64,000 bases of DNA from Bacteroidales bacterium (GTDB lineage Bacteria > Bacteroidota > Bacteroidia > Bacteroidales > VadinHA17), in NCBI GenBank assembly GCA_016928075.1, contig JAFGLJ010000003.1, positions 4,581-68,580 on the forward strand. The letters run 5' to 3'. Both the position numbers and the translations under genes were made by a program. Below the pieces are notes generated by a model, which ran no database searches, was not told the origin of the DNA, and saw only the letters and a list, made by a program, of their open reading frames with translations. Positions 45,580 to 55,883 of the stretch are shown piece by piece (within the stretch, counting starts at the first letter, position 1; each line of letters starts with the position of its first letter).

Positions 45580-46542
45580 ATGGTCAAAGAAATCCCTTCA
45601 GAATCATTGAACCCCGATGAATTTATCAGTGAAAAAGTGAATGATATCCGGAAAACAGTGCTGGATGGCACAGCTATCAATGCACTTTCAGGAGGAGTCG
45701 ATTCCTCGGTTGTTACCCTTCTTGGACACCGGGCACTGGGTGCCAGGCTCAGGACTGTTTTTATACAGAACGGTCTTATGCGTGAAGGGGAACCGCAGAA
45801 GGTGGCTTCCTTTTTTAAGGACCTGGGCGTTAAAGTAGAAATTATTGATGCTGAAGAGGATTTCCTCTCAGCTCTTAAAGGTATCACTGATCCTGAAGAG
45901 AAGAGGGAAGCCATAACACAAACCTTTTACAAAGAAGTTTTTGGTAAGCTGGTGAGGGAAAGTAAGGCAAGGTTTTTACTCCAGGGTACCATCCTGACCG
46001 ATGTGGATGAAACCGTTGCCGGTATCAAGAGGCAGCATAATGTCTTCGAACAGCTGGGCATTGATCCCCTGAAAGCTTTTGGCTACGGGATAATCGAACC
46101 ACTGATACAGTTGAGAAAAGACGGGGTGAGAAAGGTGGGGAAGGCTCTGGGATTGACGGATGAATATTACAACCGCATACCTTTCCCCGGGCCTGCACTG
46201 GCAGCACGCATCATAGGGGAGGTTACCCGCGATAAACTGGATATTGTAAGAAAAGCTACATGGATCACGGAAAAAAATCTAAGCGAAACAGGCGCTTTCC
46301 AGTACATGGCAATATTACATGAAGACCGTGTCACCGGCATGCACAACGGCAAAAGGGATTTTGGACACCAGATTGAGATACGCTGCTGGGATAGTGTGGA
46401 TGCACGCACCGCCGCACCCACAAACCTGCCTTATGATACTTTAACAGGACTGGCGGGGGAAATTCTTGAAAAAGTGCCCGGCGTCGTAAGCGTTACATAT
46501 AATGTAGCCCCCAAACCACCATCAACCATCGAAGCCGTCTGA
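45580..46542 (+). CDS. Stand-alone GMP-synthase-like ATP pyrophosphatase (PP-loop) protein with no glutamine amidotransferase domain
   Basis: PP-loop SGGVDSSV, PFPGPALAARI, and a C-terminal dimerisation-type block ending KPPSTIE. The canonical HHNVGGLP block is replaced by QHNVFEQLG. Confidence 0.7.
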   Translation: MVKEIPSESLNPDEFISEKVNDIRKTVLDGTAINALSGGVDSSVVTLLGHRALGARLRTVFIQNGLMREGEPQKVASFFKDLGVKVEIIDAEEDFLSALKGITDPEEKREAITQTFYKEVFGKLVRESKARFLLQGTILTDVDETVAGIKRQHNVFEQLGIDPLKAFGYGIIEPLIQLRKDGVRKVGKALGLTDEYYNRIPFPGPALAARIIGEVTRDKLDIVRKATWITEKNLSETGAFQYMAILHEDRVTGMHNGKRDFGHQIEIRCWDSVDARTAAPTNLPYDTLTGLAGEILEKVPGVVSVTYNVAPKPPSTIEAV

Positions 46543-46549
46543 CGAAGGT

Positions 46550-46598
46550 GTTCCGTGTTCCGGGTTCCGTGTTCCGGGTTCCGTGTTCCGTGTTCAAC
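46550..46598 (+). repeat. Tandem heptamer array (GTTCCGK) x7
   Basis: GTTCCGT, GTTCCGG, GTTCCGT, GTTCCGG, GTTCCGT, GTTCCGT, GTTCAAC. A short copy lies at about 55490-55505. Confidence 0.95.
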
Positions 46599-46643
46599 GT
46601 TTTTTCCTGACTTTAATAAACCACTTATACTACTTAAACATTT

Positions 46644-46698
46644 CATTATAAACTCATTATAAACTCATTCTCAACTCATTCTCAACTCATTCTCAACT
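46644..46698 (+). repeat. Tandem 11-mer array (CATTATAAACT x2, CATTCTCAACT x3)
   Basis: Five units counted by hand. Confidence 0.95.
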
Positions 46699-46780
46699 TT
46701 ATTAAGCCTTTAACCAATCTTAACATTTTACTTTCATTCTATTAACTATCTTAGCACTACAACTAATAATAATCTATCCC

Positions 46781-48505
46781 ATGAAACCTTTTTCTAATAT
46801 TTTTTCATCATTAATACTCTTTTTTTCCTTTACATCAGCACTCTTCGCCCAGGATAATATCCTGTGGGGCGACGCGGTACCTGATGGATGGAACGGCAAC
46901 TGGACCAATGAGTATCTTACGGCATGCGAGAAATCGGGTTTTACCTATACTGCAAATAACCAGGATGTACTGGAATATTTCGAGATGCTCATGTGGCATA
47001 GCGAGCACGTGTCTGTATTCGATATGTTCATAAGCGACAGGGGCAGGTCATGCCCTGTGATGGTGATGGCCAACCCCAGGGTGCGAAATGCACGCGAAGC
47101 TAAGGAGTCGGGTAAAACAGTTGTGTACCTGCAGGGTGGCATCCACCCCAGCGAATGCGAAGGGAAGGAAGCATTGCTTATGCTGATGAGGGATATACTT
47201 CTCGGCGATAAGAACTACCTGCTCGATAAACTTATTATCCTGGTGTGCCCCAACTTCAATGTCGATGGTAATGAGACACGAAACCTTAGCAGTGGTAAAC
47301 CGGTTATCTCGGGAACAAGGCATAATGCTTATGGATTTGATATCAACAGGGATGCCATCAAGCTCGAGACAACAAATATGATTGGGGCTTACGAAAACGT
47401 ATTTAATACCTGGGATCCCATCCTGGTATATGATACACACCGAATGGGAAGTGTAAGGCATGGCTATCCGATTGTGTATGCAGGATCCAACGTTGCAACT
47501 GCCCATCCCGGACCACGCGACTATGTAACTTATAAAATATTCCCTGAGATAACCGAGCAGGGAAGGAAGAACGGTAAGATAGAGATATTTTATCACTGTG
47601 GACTCTCGAGGGATGAATGGCCGCCGGCAGAGTTTACTCATGACAATGCTATATGGTCAACTGAAGCAAAGTTCATGGTTAGCGGCTACGGGCTGCGCAA
47701 CCGGATGGCTATACTGGTTGAGACAGTGGGCTATGTATCACTGGAGAAAATGATCTACAGCCAATATGTCTTTGCGGACGAGCTCCTGAAATATATCTAT
47801 ATACATGGCAAAGAGATGGAAGAAATATGCAGGAAGACCGATGAGGAAGTGGTGAGGAAGATTAAAGAGGAAGCCCCATCAGGTAACCTTATGAATTATG
47901 TCGAAGGGGAATATGTTTCCGAGGGCAAATACGATATTCTGGGGTATAAAGAACTGAACTTCGGATATATCCCCGGCACCAGCATTATGAACGTTCAGCC
48001 GGTGAGCGAAGATGGCAGCCCTGAAGTGATCCCGGACGTTGAGCTGGTGACTAAACCTGTTGGTACCCGGCAGGCTGCCGTACCAAGGGGGTATTTCATC
48101 CCACGGGAAATGGGTTTCCTGGTAGATAAACTAAGGATCCTCGGGCTGGAAGTTACACAGCTAGAAGAACCTGTTATGGCGTCGGGTGAACAATTCGTTA
48201 TAGATGAGATGATACAGGAACGTACCATGACCTGGCCGGGGTATATCATGACCAGGCTTGAAGGCAACTTCGTAAAGGTGGAGGAAAAATATATCCCCGC
48301 CGATACCTGGCATCTTGATATGGCCCAGCCCCTGGCCAATGTGGCCTTTTATGCCCTGGAACCACAGGTAGGCGACGGCTTCATCGGATGGAACCTCCTG
48401 GAACAGTACTTCATAAACCTCGGGGTCTTTGAACACAGCATCGTTTATCCCGTATTCAAATACTTTAAAACGGTTCCCCCTTTGAAGGGGGAAAATCCCG
48501 ACTGA
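46781..48505 (+). CDS. M14-family zinc carboxypeptidase
   Basis: Signal peptide plus GGIHPSECEG (an HxxE zinc site). The last 9 codons (PPLKGENPD) and the stop lie inside the C5-TTTGAA-G5 repeat element. Confidence 0.7.
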   Translation: MKPFSNIFSSLILFFSFTSALFAQDNILWGDAVPDGWNGNWTNEYLTACEKSGFTYTANNQDVLEYFEMLMWHSEHVSVFDMFISDRGRSCPVMVMANPRVRNAREAKESGKTVVYLQGGIHPSECEGKEALLMLMRDILLGDKNYLLDKLIILVCPNFNVDGNETRNLSSGKPVISGTRHNAYGFDINRDAIKLETTNMIGAYENVFNTWDPILVYDTHRMGSVRHGYPIVYAGSNVATAHPGPRDYVTYKIFPEITEQGRKNGKIEIFYHCGLSRDEWPPAEFTHDNAIWSTEAKFMVSGYGLRNRMAILVETVGYVSLEKMIYSQYVFADELLKYIYIHGKEMEEICRKTDEEVVRKIKEEAPSGNLMNYVEGEYVSEGKYDILGYKELNFGYIPGTSIMNVQPVSEDGSPEVIPDVELVTKPVGTRQAAVPRGYFIPREMGFLVDKLRILGLEVTQLEEPVMASGEQFVIDEMIQERTMTWPGYIMTRLEGNFVKVEEKYIPADTWHLDMAQPLANVAFYALEPQVGDGFIGWNLLEQYFINLGVFEHSIVYPVFKYFKTVPPLKGENPD

Positions 48506-48556
48506 AAAGTCGGGATAGGGGGATGTTAAACAGTTCAATTTAACAATTCCTAAACA
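48476..48556 (+). repeat. Double-hairpin repeat element overlapping a stop codon, followed by TTAAAC/CAA-type units
   Basis: CCCCCtttgaaGGGGG (48476-91); TCCCGACtgaaaaGTCGGGA (48496-48515); TAGGGGGATGTT; then AAACAGTTCAATTTAACAATTCC. Confidence 0.9.
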
Positions 48557-48566
48557 ACATAATACC

Positions 48567-51530
48567 ATGAAAACCATCAAACTAACCTTGCTGATAGTTA
48601 CCTTGATCTTCACCGCTTTGCCTGGACCTTCACAACAACTGTATTTTCGAAGTGGAAGCAACGAAGGCATAACCGAAACATTCAAATGGCGCAGCATAGG
48701 CCCCGGGAACATGATGGGCCGTATCTCCGCCCTCGATGCCCTTAACCACGACCATAAAGTGGCACTCGTTGGAGCAGCTTCAGGAGGTGTATGGCTCACC
48801 GTTAACGGGGGTATAACCTGGACACCCGTTTTCGATAACTATGGTGCTGCATCAATAGGTGATGTCGCATTTTTCCAGCCCGACTCATCAATAATCTGGG
48901 TCGGCACGGGTGAAGCAAATAACCGCAACAGCAGCGCCTGGGGCGACGGGGTGTATATGTCTACCGATTTCGGGAGAACTTTTACCAATATGGGACTTGA
49001 AGAGACACACCAGATAGCCCGTATAGCTACCCATCCCACCGATAAGGATATTCTGTATGTTGCAGCTGTGGGTCATCTCTGGGGTTATTCGGGAGACAGG
49101 GGACTGTTTAAAACAACAGATGGAGGAAAAACATGGAAGAAGCTGACCAATGGATTGCCTGACGATGGCATGACAGGTTGCACTGAGATACGTATGCATC
49201 CTCAAAACCCGGATATTCTCTATGCCGGTATGTACCACAGGCTCAGAACCCCCTGGTCAATGTACAGTGGCGGACCCAATGGAGGTATATTTAAATCTGT
49301 TGATGGTGGGGAAAGCTGGAAAAAGTTGGAAAATGGCTTGCCTGAAGGCGAGACAGGAAGAATAGGAATATCAATCTATTACAGTAATCCCGATATTATC
49401 GTTGCCTGTGTCGAAGCAAGTGATACACTGCCAGATGACCTCAGTATCCCCGGCCCGGGTGTGTACCGCTCAGAAGACGGGGGTGAAACATGGAAATACC
49501 TGTACAGGCATAACAGCAGGCCTATGTACCATGGCAGGATTGAGATCAATCCCCTTGATGATAACCTTATTTATGTTATTGCCCGGCAGTATGCTTTCTC
49601 TGATGATGGTGGAAAAACATGGTCGGGGAAGCCATGGGGTGGTGCAGGGGGCGATGATCATGATCTCTGGATCAGCCCGATGGATAAGGATGTGTTCTAT
49701 GTTGCTGCCGACCAGGGTGCCCATCTCACAGAGGACGGGGGCAAGACATTCAGGAACTTTACAAATATGGCTATAGGACAGTACTATGCAATAGGCGTTG
49801 ATATGCGTGATCCATACTGGATATATGGAGGACTGCAGGATAACAGTAACTGGGGAACACCAAGCAACACCCGGGAAAGAAGGGGAATAATGACGCACCA
49901 TAGTATCGAGATAGCCGGTGGTGATGGCTTCCATAACCAGGTTGACCCAACCGACTGGCGGACAGTATATACTGTCTGCCACGTGGCAGGGGTTGGCAGG
50001 ATTAATATGGAAACGAGAGAACATAAATTCATTAGCCCGACACCCTCAACTGTCACCAATTTCATGGATTATGCAGAAGCTGATTACGAAGAAACACTGG
50101 TTGATTATACTATAGACCCCGGTGAAGGCTGGCTGTGGAGGGATATACCCACAAGGCTTATCAAGGGCAGCACCCTGCCTCCGCATTTCCGCTTTAACTG
50201 GAGCTCCCCGCTGGTGATATCACCAAATAATCCACGTACAATATACCTTGGTGGTAACCACCTCTTTAAATCAGTCGACAGGGGCGAATCATGGACAATA
50301 ATAAGCCCTGACCTTACAACCAATGATCCCGGTAAGAGAAACTCATCGGGTACGGGCGGACTGACCCGTGAAGTTACAGGAGCAGAAAATCACTGCACGA
50401 TAATAACTATAGCTGAATCACCTCTTAACGAAAAACTTATCTGGGTGGGAACCGACGATGGCAATGTCCAGGTCACCAGGGATGGAGGTCAATCATGGAC
50501 CAATGTGCGCCCAAATATCAAGGGAGTACCTGAATGTACCTGGGTCAGCAGGGTGGAAGCATCGCATTTCGGGCAGGGAAGGGCTTATGTTACCTTCGAT
50601 GGGCACCGCTTCGATGATAATACTGCTTACGTATATATGACCGATGATCTTGGACAGTCATGGGAGAATATCTCCGGTAACATACCCCATGGAAATGCAC
50701 TTTATGTGGTGCGTGAAGACTATGTCAACCCGGACCTTCTCTTTGTTGGCTCTGAAATTACATGCTTTATGTCAACAGACAGGGGAAGGACATGGGAACG
50801 GTTTATGAATGGTATGCCCACGGTCGCATTTCATGATCTTATAATCCACCCCAGGGATGCCGACCTGGTAGCAGGCACCCATGGACGGAGCCTGTGGATA
50901 CTTGATGATTTATCACCGCTTCAACAGCTAAGCGATGAGGTGAAACAGAAAGATGTACATATGTTTGAAAACCGCGTTGCCACTAAATGGCTTGAACTGG
51001 ACATGGGTGACGACCAGGTGTATTTCGAGTTCAGGGGTGAGAATGCTCCCAGGGGAGCATCTGTATGTTTCTGGATGAAGAATGATACCTGGGGAGAAGC
51101 CACTATGACAATAACAGACATAACGGGTATGTATTCAAAAACAATTGATTTCCAGCCACACCAGGGTATTAACAGGGTGCGATGGAACCTCGAATTCCCC
51201 GTTCCTGAAGTGAAGGTTGAAAAGTTCAGGCAGACTATGCTTGCGGCTATAGGGGAAATAGCAGGGGAGAAACTGGAAAGGGAAAAGAAATCACAGCTGG
51301 AAAAGATCAGGTCATCCATTGAAGCAGCAGAAGAAATACGAGAGCTGAACGATGCATTTATTCAGCTTACATTCAACTTCGGGCAGTATGCAAAGGGAAG
51401 GCCCATATTCGGCAAACAGCTCAATAACTCAATCGAAGCACCGGCAGGGAAATATATGGTCACGCTGAATGTTAACGGCAAAGAATACCATGGTATCGTG
51501 GAAGTACGCAATGATCCGATGCTAAAGTAA
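48567..51530 (+). CDS. Secreted sortilin/VPS10-type BNR (Asp-box) repeat protein (paralogue of 15107..17455)
   Basis: 987 aa with a signal peptide and many Asp-boxes (TVNGGITW, TTDGGKTW, SVDGGESW, SEDGGETW, SDDGGKTW, TRDGGQSW). Confidence 0.8.
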   Translation: MKTIKLTLLIVTLIFTALPGPSQQLYFRSGSNEGITETFKWRSIGPGNMMGRISALDALNHDHKVALVGAASGGVWLTVNGGITWTPVFDNYGAASIGDVAFFQPDSSIIWVGTGEANNRNSSAWGDGVYMSTDFGRTFTNMGLEETHQIARIATHPTDKDILYVAAVGHLWGYSGDRGLFKTTDGGKTWKKLTNGLPDDGMTGCTEIRMHPQNPDILYAGMYHRLRTPWSMYSGGPNGGIFKSVDGGESWKKLENGLPEGETGRIGISIYYSNPDIIVACVEASDTLPDDLSIPGPGVYRSEDGGETWKYLYRHNSRPMYHGRIEINPLDDNLIYVIARQYAFSDDGGKTWSGKPWGGAGGDDHDLWISPMDKDVFYVAADQGAHLTEDGGKTFRNFTNMAIGQYYAIGVDMRDPYWIYGGLQDNSNWGTPSNTRERRGIMTHHSIEIAGGDGFHNQVDPTDWRTVYTVCHVAGVGRINMETREHKFISPTPSTVTNFMDYAEADYEETLVDYTIDPGEGWLWRDIPTRLIKGSTLPPHFRFNWSSPLVISPNNPRTIYLGGNHLFKSVDRGESWTIISPDLTTNDPGKRNSSGTGGLTREVTGAENHCTIITIAESPLNEKLIWVGTDDGNVQVTRDGGQSWTNVRPNIKGVPECTWVSRVEASHFGQGRAYVTFDGHRFDDNTAYVYMTDDLGQSWENISGNIPHGNALYVVREDYVNPDLLFVGSEITCFMSTDRGRTWERFMNGMPTVAFHDLIIHPRDADLVAGTHGRSLWILDDLSPLQQLSDEVKQKDVHMFENRVATKWLELDMGDDQVYFEFRGENAPRGASVCFWMKNDTWGEATMTITDITGMYSKTIDFQPHQGINRVRWNLEFPVPEVKVEKFRQTMLAAIGEIAGEKLEREKKSQLEKIRSSIEAAEEIRELNDAFIQLTFNFGQYAKGRPIFGKQLNNSIEAPAGKYMVTLNVNGKEYHGIVEVRNDPMLK

Positions 51531-51747
51531 GTTTAAGTGGTTTAAATGGTTTAAGAGTTTAGGGTTGAGGTGTCTAGATGTTGAGAGGTTTAGACGTAAA
51601 AATACTATTGTGTCTAAAGGTCATTTCGTCACTTCTTCACTTCTTCACTTCGTCTATGAGTCCCTTTGCTTTGTCCGCCATAGTCCCGAGAACTCTGGAC
51701 GTGGGCGGGCTCCCTGCTCCCTGCTCCCTGCTCCCTGCTCCCTGCCC
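51531..51747 (+). repeat. Composite mosaic repeat element spanning a whole convergent spacer
   Basis: GTTTAAGTG-type 9-mers from the first nt after the stop; CACTTCTT x3 (about 51624-51652); an imperfect TCCGCC hairpin (51671-51710); CTGCTCC about 5 units (51714-51747) that end exactly at the stop codon of the convergent GH127 gene. Confidence 0.9.
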
Positions 51748-54132
51748 TCAATACACTTCCCACTCCTGCAGCCCCGAGGCACAGGTCTCGTGCCTCTCCA
51801 CGTACATCCTCAGCGACCTGGTGGTCACCGGCTCAAACTTGAGCTCGTTGAACCGGTACTTCTCTGTCCCGTACTCATTCAGTGCCTTCACGGGCTGCCA
51901 GCGTCCATTTTTATCCAGGTAGACTAGCTCCCACGACTCCGGTACCCTGCAGCATGTCCACGGACTGTCATTATACCAGGTGGTCATCCTTGAAGGTTCA
52001 TTATCGTACCAGTATACCCTTACCCGTGACACCGTCTCAGGTTTATCGAAGATATATTGCACCCATTGTATGGTATCATACATGGGCCAGCGGTAGTAAT
52101 TGGATATGGGTATATTCTGGTTATAAGGTATAACGTACCGGTCGTTCACTCCCGCCAGGGTGGTGGTGTCGTAGGAGGAAATCACCCTGCTCCTCGATGC
52201 TATTGTCGGCGCCGGGTCGGGGTGAGGAGTAACAACCTCTTCCGTATATGGTATCCATACGGTCATCTCGGCCGGACCCCTGTTAGCCCAAAGGTAATAA
52301 GGTATGGCTGTTACTTCCTGCTCAATTACCAGGGGCTCTTCGCTGCCCTGCTGCTCTTTAAAGCTGTATCCTGTGGTGGTGATTACATATGTCCCACCCA
52401 GGAGATCATCCCTCTTCCGCACCTCAAACTCAGCCTCCGGATCAATCATTATATTCTGAACCAGCCCGTCCCTGTTGTCAGGCCCCTCGAGGCAGTAGAC
52501 CAGAGGACCGCGCTGGAAGGTGATCCTACCCCTGTCATCTTCAATCCTGTCATTTGCAGCTATCTTACGCGTTTGCATCGGTAGTTCAATTATTACCTCG
52601 TCGCCGGCCGACCATTCCCTTTCTATTACGGCATAGCCATTCTCTATGGTGTAAGACATTAACCTTCCGTTGATACTTATCACTGCGGACCCGGTAGGGT
52701 CATCCATAAAATAATACAGTGCAGAAGGTACTGGCTTGCCCAGGGTCCATCCAGGTATCCTTATCCTGAGAGTAAGGTCTTCATTTTCTATCGGATCAAC
52801 TTTCAGTCTTATCATGCCATCCCATGGATAACCTGTTTCCTGTCTTATCTCCACCGGACCATCTTCCAGTTCAATTTTGCTGTTGCTGCCGATGAAAAGA
52901 TTGACATACAGGTCATTGCCCTTGCAGGCATATATTAATCCAGGCACCTGGGGCATGAACCGCACTATATTGGTCAGGCAGCAGGGCACACCGTAGTATG
53001 AGGCACGCTGGTACTGGCCGTTAGATGCCAGGGGATTGGGGTAAAAGAAACGTTCACCTGATATTGACACTCCATCAAGAAGGCTGTTATAAAGAATCCT
53101 TTCCAGCACATCAATATAATCGGCATGGCCTTTCAGTCGGAACATACGATCGTTCCACAGTATGTTGGCTATTGATGCACATGTCTCGTTATAGGCTGTT
53201 ATGTTAGGCAGATAATAGGGTTCACCAAATGCCTCGTGGTCAGCGTAAGCCCCTGTACCGCCGGTGATATACAGTTTGGACGATACCATGCTGTTCCATA
53301 TCCTGTCTATGGCTGCCGCGTAGCCTTTATCACCTGTCAGTGCCACTATATCGGTGACACCGGAGTACAGGTATAGCGCCCGCACCGCATGCCCGATCGG
53401 TTCTGACTGATCGGCTACTTTCATATGCGACTGGCTATATTCGGTACCATCTGGTCCTCGCGAGTCGACAAAGAATTTTGACAGTTCAAGGTAGTCCTCA
53501 TTCCCTGTTGCCATGTACAGCTTAACCAGTGCCAGCTCCACCTCAGGGTGAAAGGGATAGGTGACCAGCTTATCCGGTCCGAAGACCGATAGTAACAACT
53601 CTGCATTCTTCTCAGCCACCTCGAGCAAATCGGTTTTTCCTGTTGCCCGGTAATGAGCTACTGCAGCCTCGTACATATGTCCTGGTCCGTACAGACCATG
53701 AGTACCGCCCGTCTCACCAAAATCATCCGTCCCCAGCCACCGCAAAGAGTCGGGTAGGGGACTACCGTCGGGATTTGTCCGTACCGGGCCCAGGTTACCA
53801 TCTGGCTGCTGCGAATCTTTTACCATCTGCACCAGTGAGTCGGCGAGTCTTTCCAATTGCGGATCATTTTCCATCATCAGGTAATAGCACACTCCCTCCA
53901 GCACCTTGTAAAGACTCGATCCTCCAATCCTGCCTTTCTTATCCAGCTGTTCAAGCACGTAAGGCATGGTAACTTTGAGGTTCCGCTCTATCTTTTGGTT
54001 CCAGAACTCATCCGTCACTTCAACATCCGCAAAATTCACCGCCTCAATAGGGTAATCCTTTACTTTTTTCACACATCCGGATGAAAGGACAGCTACTGTA
54101 AGGGATAAAATAATGATGCTACTGCTTTTCAT
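51748..54132 (-). CDS. GH127-like (DUF1680, beta-L-arabinofuranosidase family) protein with a C-terminal discoidin-like domain
   Basis: 794 aa with a lipobox (SGC) and DUF1680-type blocks (ITGGTGAYADHEAFGEPYYLPN, AYNETCASI). The C-terminal 130 aa or so resemble an F5/8 type C domain. Confidence 0.75.
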   Translation of the reverse strand: MKSSSIIILSLTVAVLSSGCVKKVKDYPIEAVNFADVEVTDEFWNQKIERNLKVTMPYVLEQLDKKGRIGGSSLYKVLEGVCYYLMMENDPQLERLADSLVQMVKDSQQPDGNLGPVRTNPDGSPLPDSLRWLGTDDFGETGGTHGLYGPGHMYEAAVAHYRATGKTDLLEVAEKNAELLLSVFGPDKLVTYPFHPEVELALVKLYMATGNEDYLELSKFFVDSRGPDGTEYSQSHMKVADQSEPIGHAVRALYLYSGVTDIVALTGDKGYAAAIDRIWNSMVSSKLYITGGTGAYADHEAFGEPYYLPNITAYNETCASIANILWNDRMFRLKGHADYIDVLERILYNSLLDGVSISGERFFYPNPLASNGQYQRASYYGVPCCLTNIVRFMPQVPGLIYACKGNDLYVNLFIGSNSKIELEDGPVEIRQETGYPWDGMIRLKVDPIENEDLTLRIRIPGWTLGKPVPSALYYFMDDPTGSAVISINGRLMSYTIENGYAVIEREWSAGDEVIIELPMQTRKIAANDRIEDDRGRITFQRGPLVYCLEGPDNRDGLVQNIMIDPEAEFEVRKRDDLLGGTYVITTTGYSFKEQQGSEEPLVIEQEVTAIPYYLWANRGPAEMTVWIPYTEEVVTPHPDPAPTIASRSRVISSYDTTTLAGVNDRYVIPYNQNIPISNYYRWPMYDTIQWVQYIFDKPETVSRVRVYWYDNEPSRMTTWYNDSPWTCCRVPESWELVYLDKNGRWQPVKALNEYGTEKYRFNELKFEPVTTRSLRMYVERHETCASGLQEWEVY

Positions 54133-54287
54133 ACTGCTTAAATTTTCAATTTCCTTCCCAAGTTATCCCATTATTTAACACCGGTCAATAAAAGCAGATG
54201 CTTATACAACATGAAGAACGATTATTGAGTCAACCGTTAGTGTTGATCTCTGATCAACGCCATAAACACTTGCCGAGCCAGCATCCC

Positions 54288-55247
54288 TCATTCCTCCACT
54301 ATCTCAACCCTCCTGTTCCTGGCCTTTCCTTCCTCTGTCATGTTAGAGGCTACAGGTGACAATGAGCTCACTCCATATGCTTTAAGCTGCCCTGCATCAA
54401 CGCCATAAGCTGATACAAGTTTATCCATGACAGCTTTAGCCCTGCTCTCTGATAGCGTCATATTATTGTCGAAATCACCAACATTATCGGTATGACCTAC
54501 GATGAAGAAATTCTTGTCAGGGTTGGCCTTAAGGTATTCTGCGATATTCTTCAGCGCAGGCTCTGACTCTGGTTTGATAGTGGCTTCCCCGGTATCGAAC
54601 AGCAATCCGGAGAGCACACTGTGACCTGATAATTGCAGGCCTTTCTCTATTGATCTCGCCGTTACAAGCCCTGTCATCATCTCTTTCTCCTCTATCACAT
54701 CCATCGTGGTAAGTATCCAGTCAGTATCGTCATCGGATGAAATGTAAAGCACTATATAGACATTCCTTCCTTCGTTAATTCCGCTGGCTACATGATATCT
54801 GAATCCCATTCTTCCGTCAGGGTGGTCATATTCGGATACCATCTTATTAATTTCGCCATAGTAATTATAAAACCAGAACTGCCAGTCAGGATTTCCCATT
54901 TTCTCCGACCAGGTAAAGAGCGTGTTGAAATTGGCGCTTTCCAGTGCCAGCTCATAATTCTTGTAGATCTCAAAAACCGAATGATCACCCTTTGTACTGT
55001 ACTGTATCCTTGTTATTTCACCCTCTACATTAAGCACCTCATCCACCTGTCCTTCTTCCTCGTCAAAGCCCAGGACAAGGGTATACTCATCATAATTCTT
55101 ATGCTCGTAGAATTCAATTACAGAACCTTCAAAGCGGGAGATAAGTGGATGGTCTTTCCCTCCCTCGATATCCGTATCTCTTTGTGCAAGGATGTTTACC
55201 GGGAACATCAATGCACAGACTGATAATAAGAAAAAAGCTTTTTTCAT
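54288..55247 (-). CDS. OmpA-family protein
   Basis: Signal peptide and a C-terminal OmpA domain (FFIVGHTDNVGDFDNNMTLSESRAKAV ... NRRVEI). Confidence 0.85.
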   Translation of the reverse strand: MKKAFFLLSVCALMFPVNILAQRDTDIEGGKDHPLISRFEGSVIEFYEHKNYDEYTLVLGFDEEEGQVDEVLNVEGEITRIQYSTKGDHSVFEIYKNYELALESANFNTLFTWSEKMGNPDWQFWFYNYYGEINKMVSEYDHPDGRMGFRYHVASGINEGRNVYIVLYISSDDDTDWILTTMDVIEEKEMMTGLVTARSIEKGLQLSGHSVLSGLLFDTGEATIKPESEPALKNIAEYLKANPDKNFFIVGHTDNVGDFDNNMTLSESRAKAVMDKLVSAYGVDAGQLKAYGVSSLSPVASNMTEEGKARNRRVEIVEE

Positions 55248-55652
55248 AATTAATAATCCATTGATTTTTTGAAAGAAAAATTGATTTTTAGTATTGCTAC
55301 TAACGAACCTTTAAGTACACTACTTAACCTTTAGTAGTTTTAAGAGAAGAGGCGTTTTTACTGGTGCTCATAGAACAACAGAACGCATCAGTCACATTCC
55401 AGTTGTTAAGGTTTTACAAATTACAAAATTATATGGAAATAAGCAAGATAGAAAAGACTCACCTCGAACGTTACAAGTTCACCGTTCAATGTTCCGGGTT
55501 CCGTTTTTTACATCACCAATCTCTTATCACTCAGTCTCTACGTCATATCGTGTTTTGGATCCCATTCGCGATAATTCGCATTACTGATTGATAATCCTTA
55601 TATCCGTCCTCTACGGTTGGTAATTATGTAATATTATTGCATTTTTTTCCCT

Positions 55653-55772
55653 TAGCCTCAGCCTCAGCCTTAGCCTCAGCCTCAGCCTCAGCCTTAGCCT
55701 CAGCCTCAGCCTCAGCCTTAGCCTTAGCCTCAGCCTCAGCCTTAGCCTTAGCCTCAGCCTCAGCCTTAGCCT
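55653..55772 (+). repeat. Tandem hexamer array (TAGCCT/CAGCCT) x20
   Basis: 20 uninterrupted units counted by hand (8 TAGCCT, 12 CAGCCT). Confidence 0.95.
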
Positions 55773-55783
55773 ATATTTATTCC

Positions 55784-55842
55784 CTGCCCCCTGCTCCCTG
55801 CCCCCTGCTCCCTGCCCCCTGCTCCCTGCTCCCTGCCCCCTG
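55784..55842 (+). repeat. Tandem heptamer array (CTGCYCC), about 8.4 units
   Basis: Mostly alternating CTGCCCC and CTGCTCC units, counted by hand. Confidence 0.95.
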
Positions 55843-55847
55843 TTTTA

Positions 55848-55883
55848 CCAGCCGAAGTCCCGGATCATCGGGACGAAGGCTGG
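55848..55883 (+). other. Nested GC-rich hairpin
   Basis: CCAGCC-gaa-GTCCCG-gatcat-CGGGAC-gaa-GGCTGG, giving 6+6 bp with symmetric GAA internal loops. Related TCCCGG/CCGGGA hairpins lie at 26798-26817 and 59223-59252. Confidence 0.85.
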
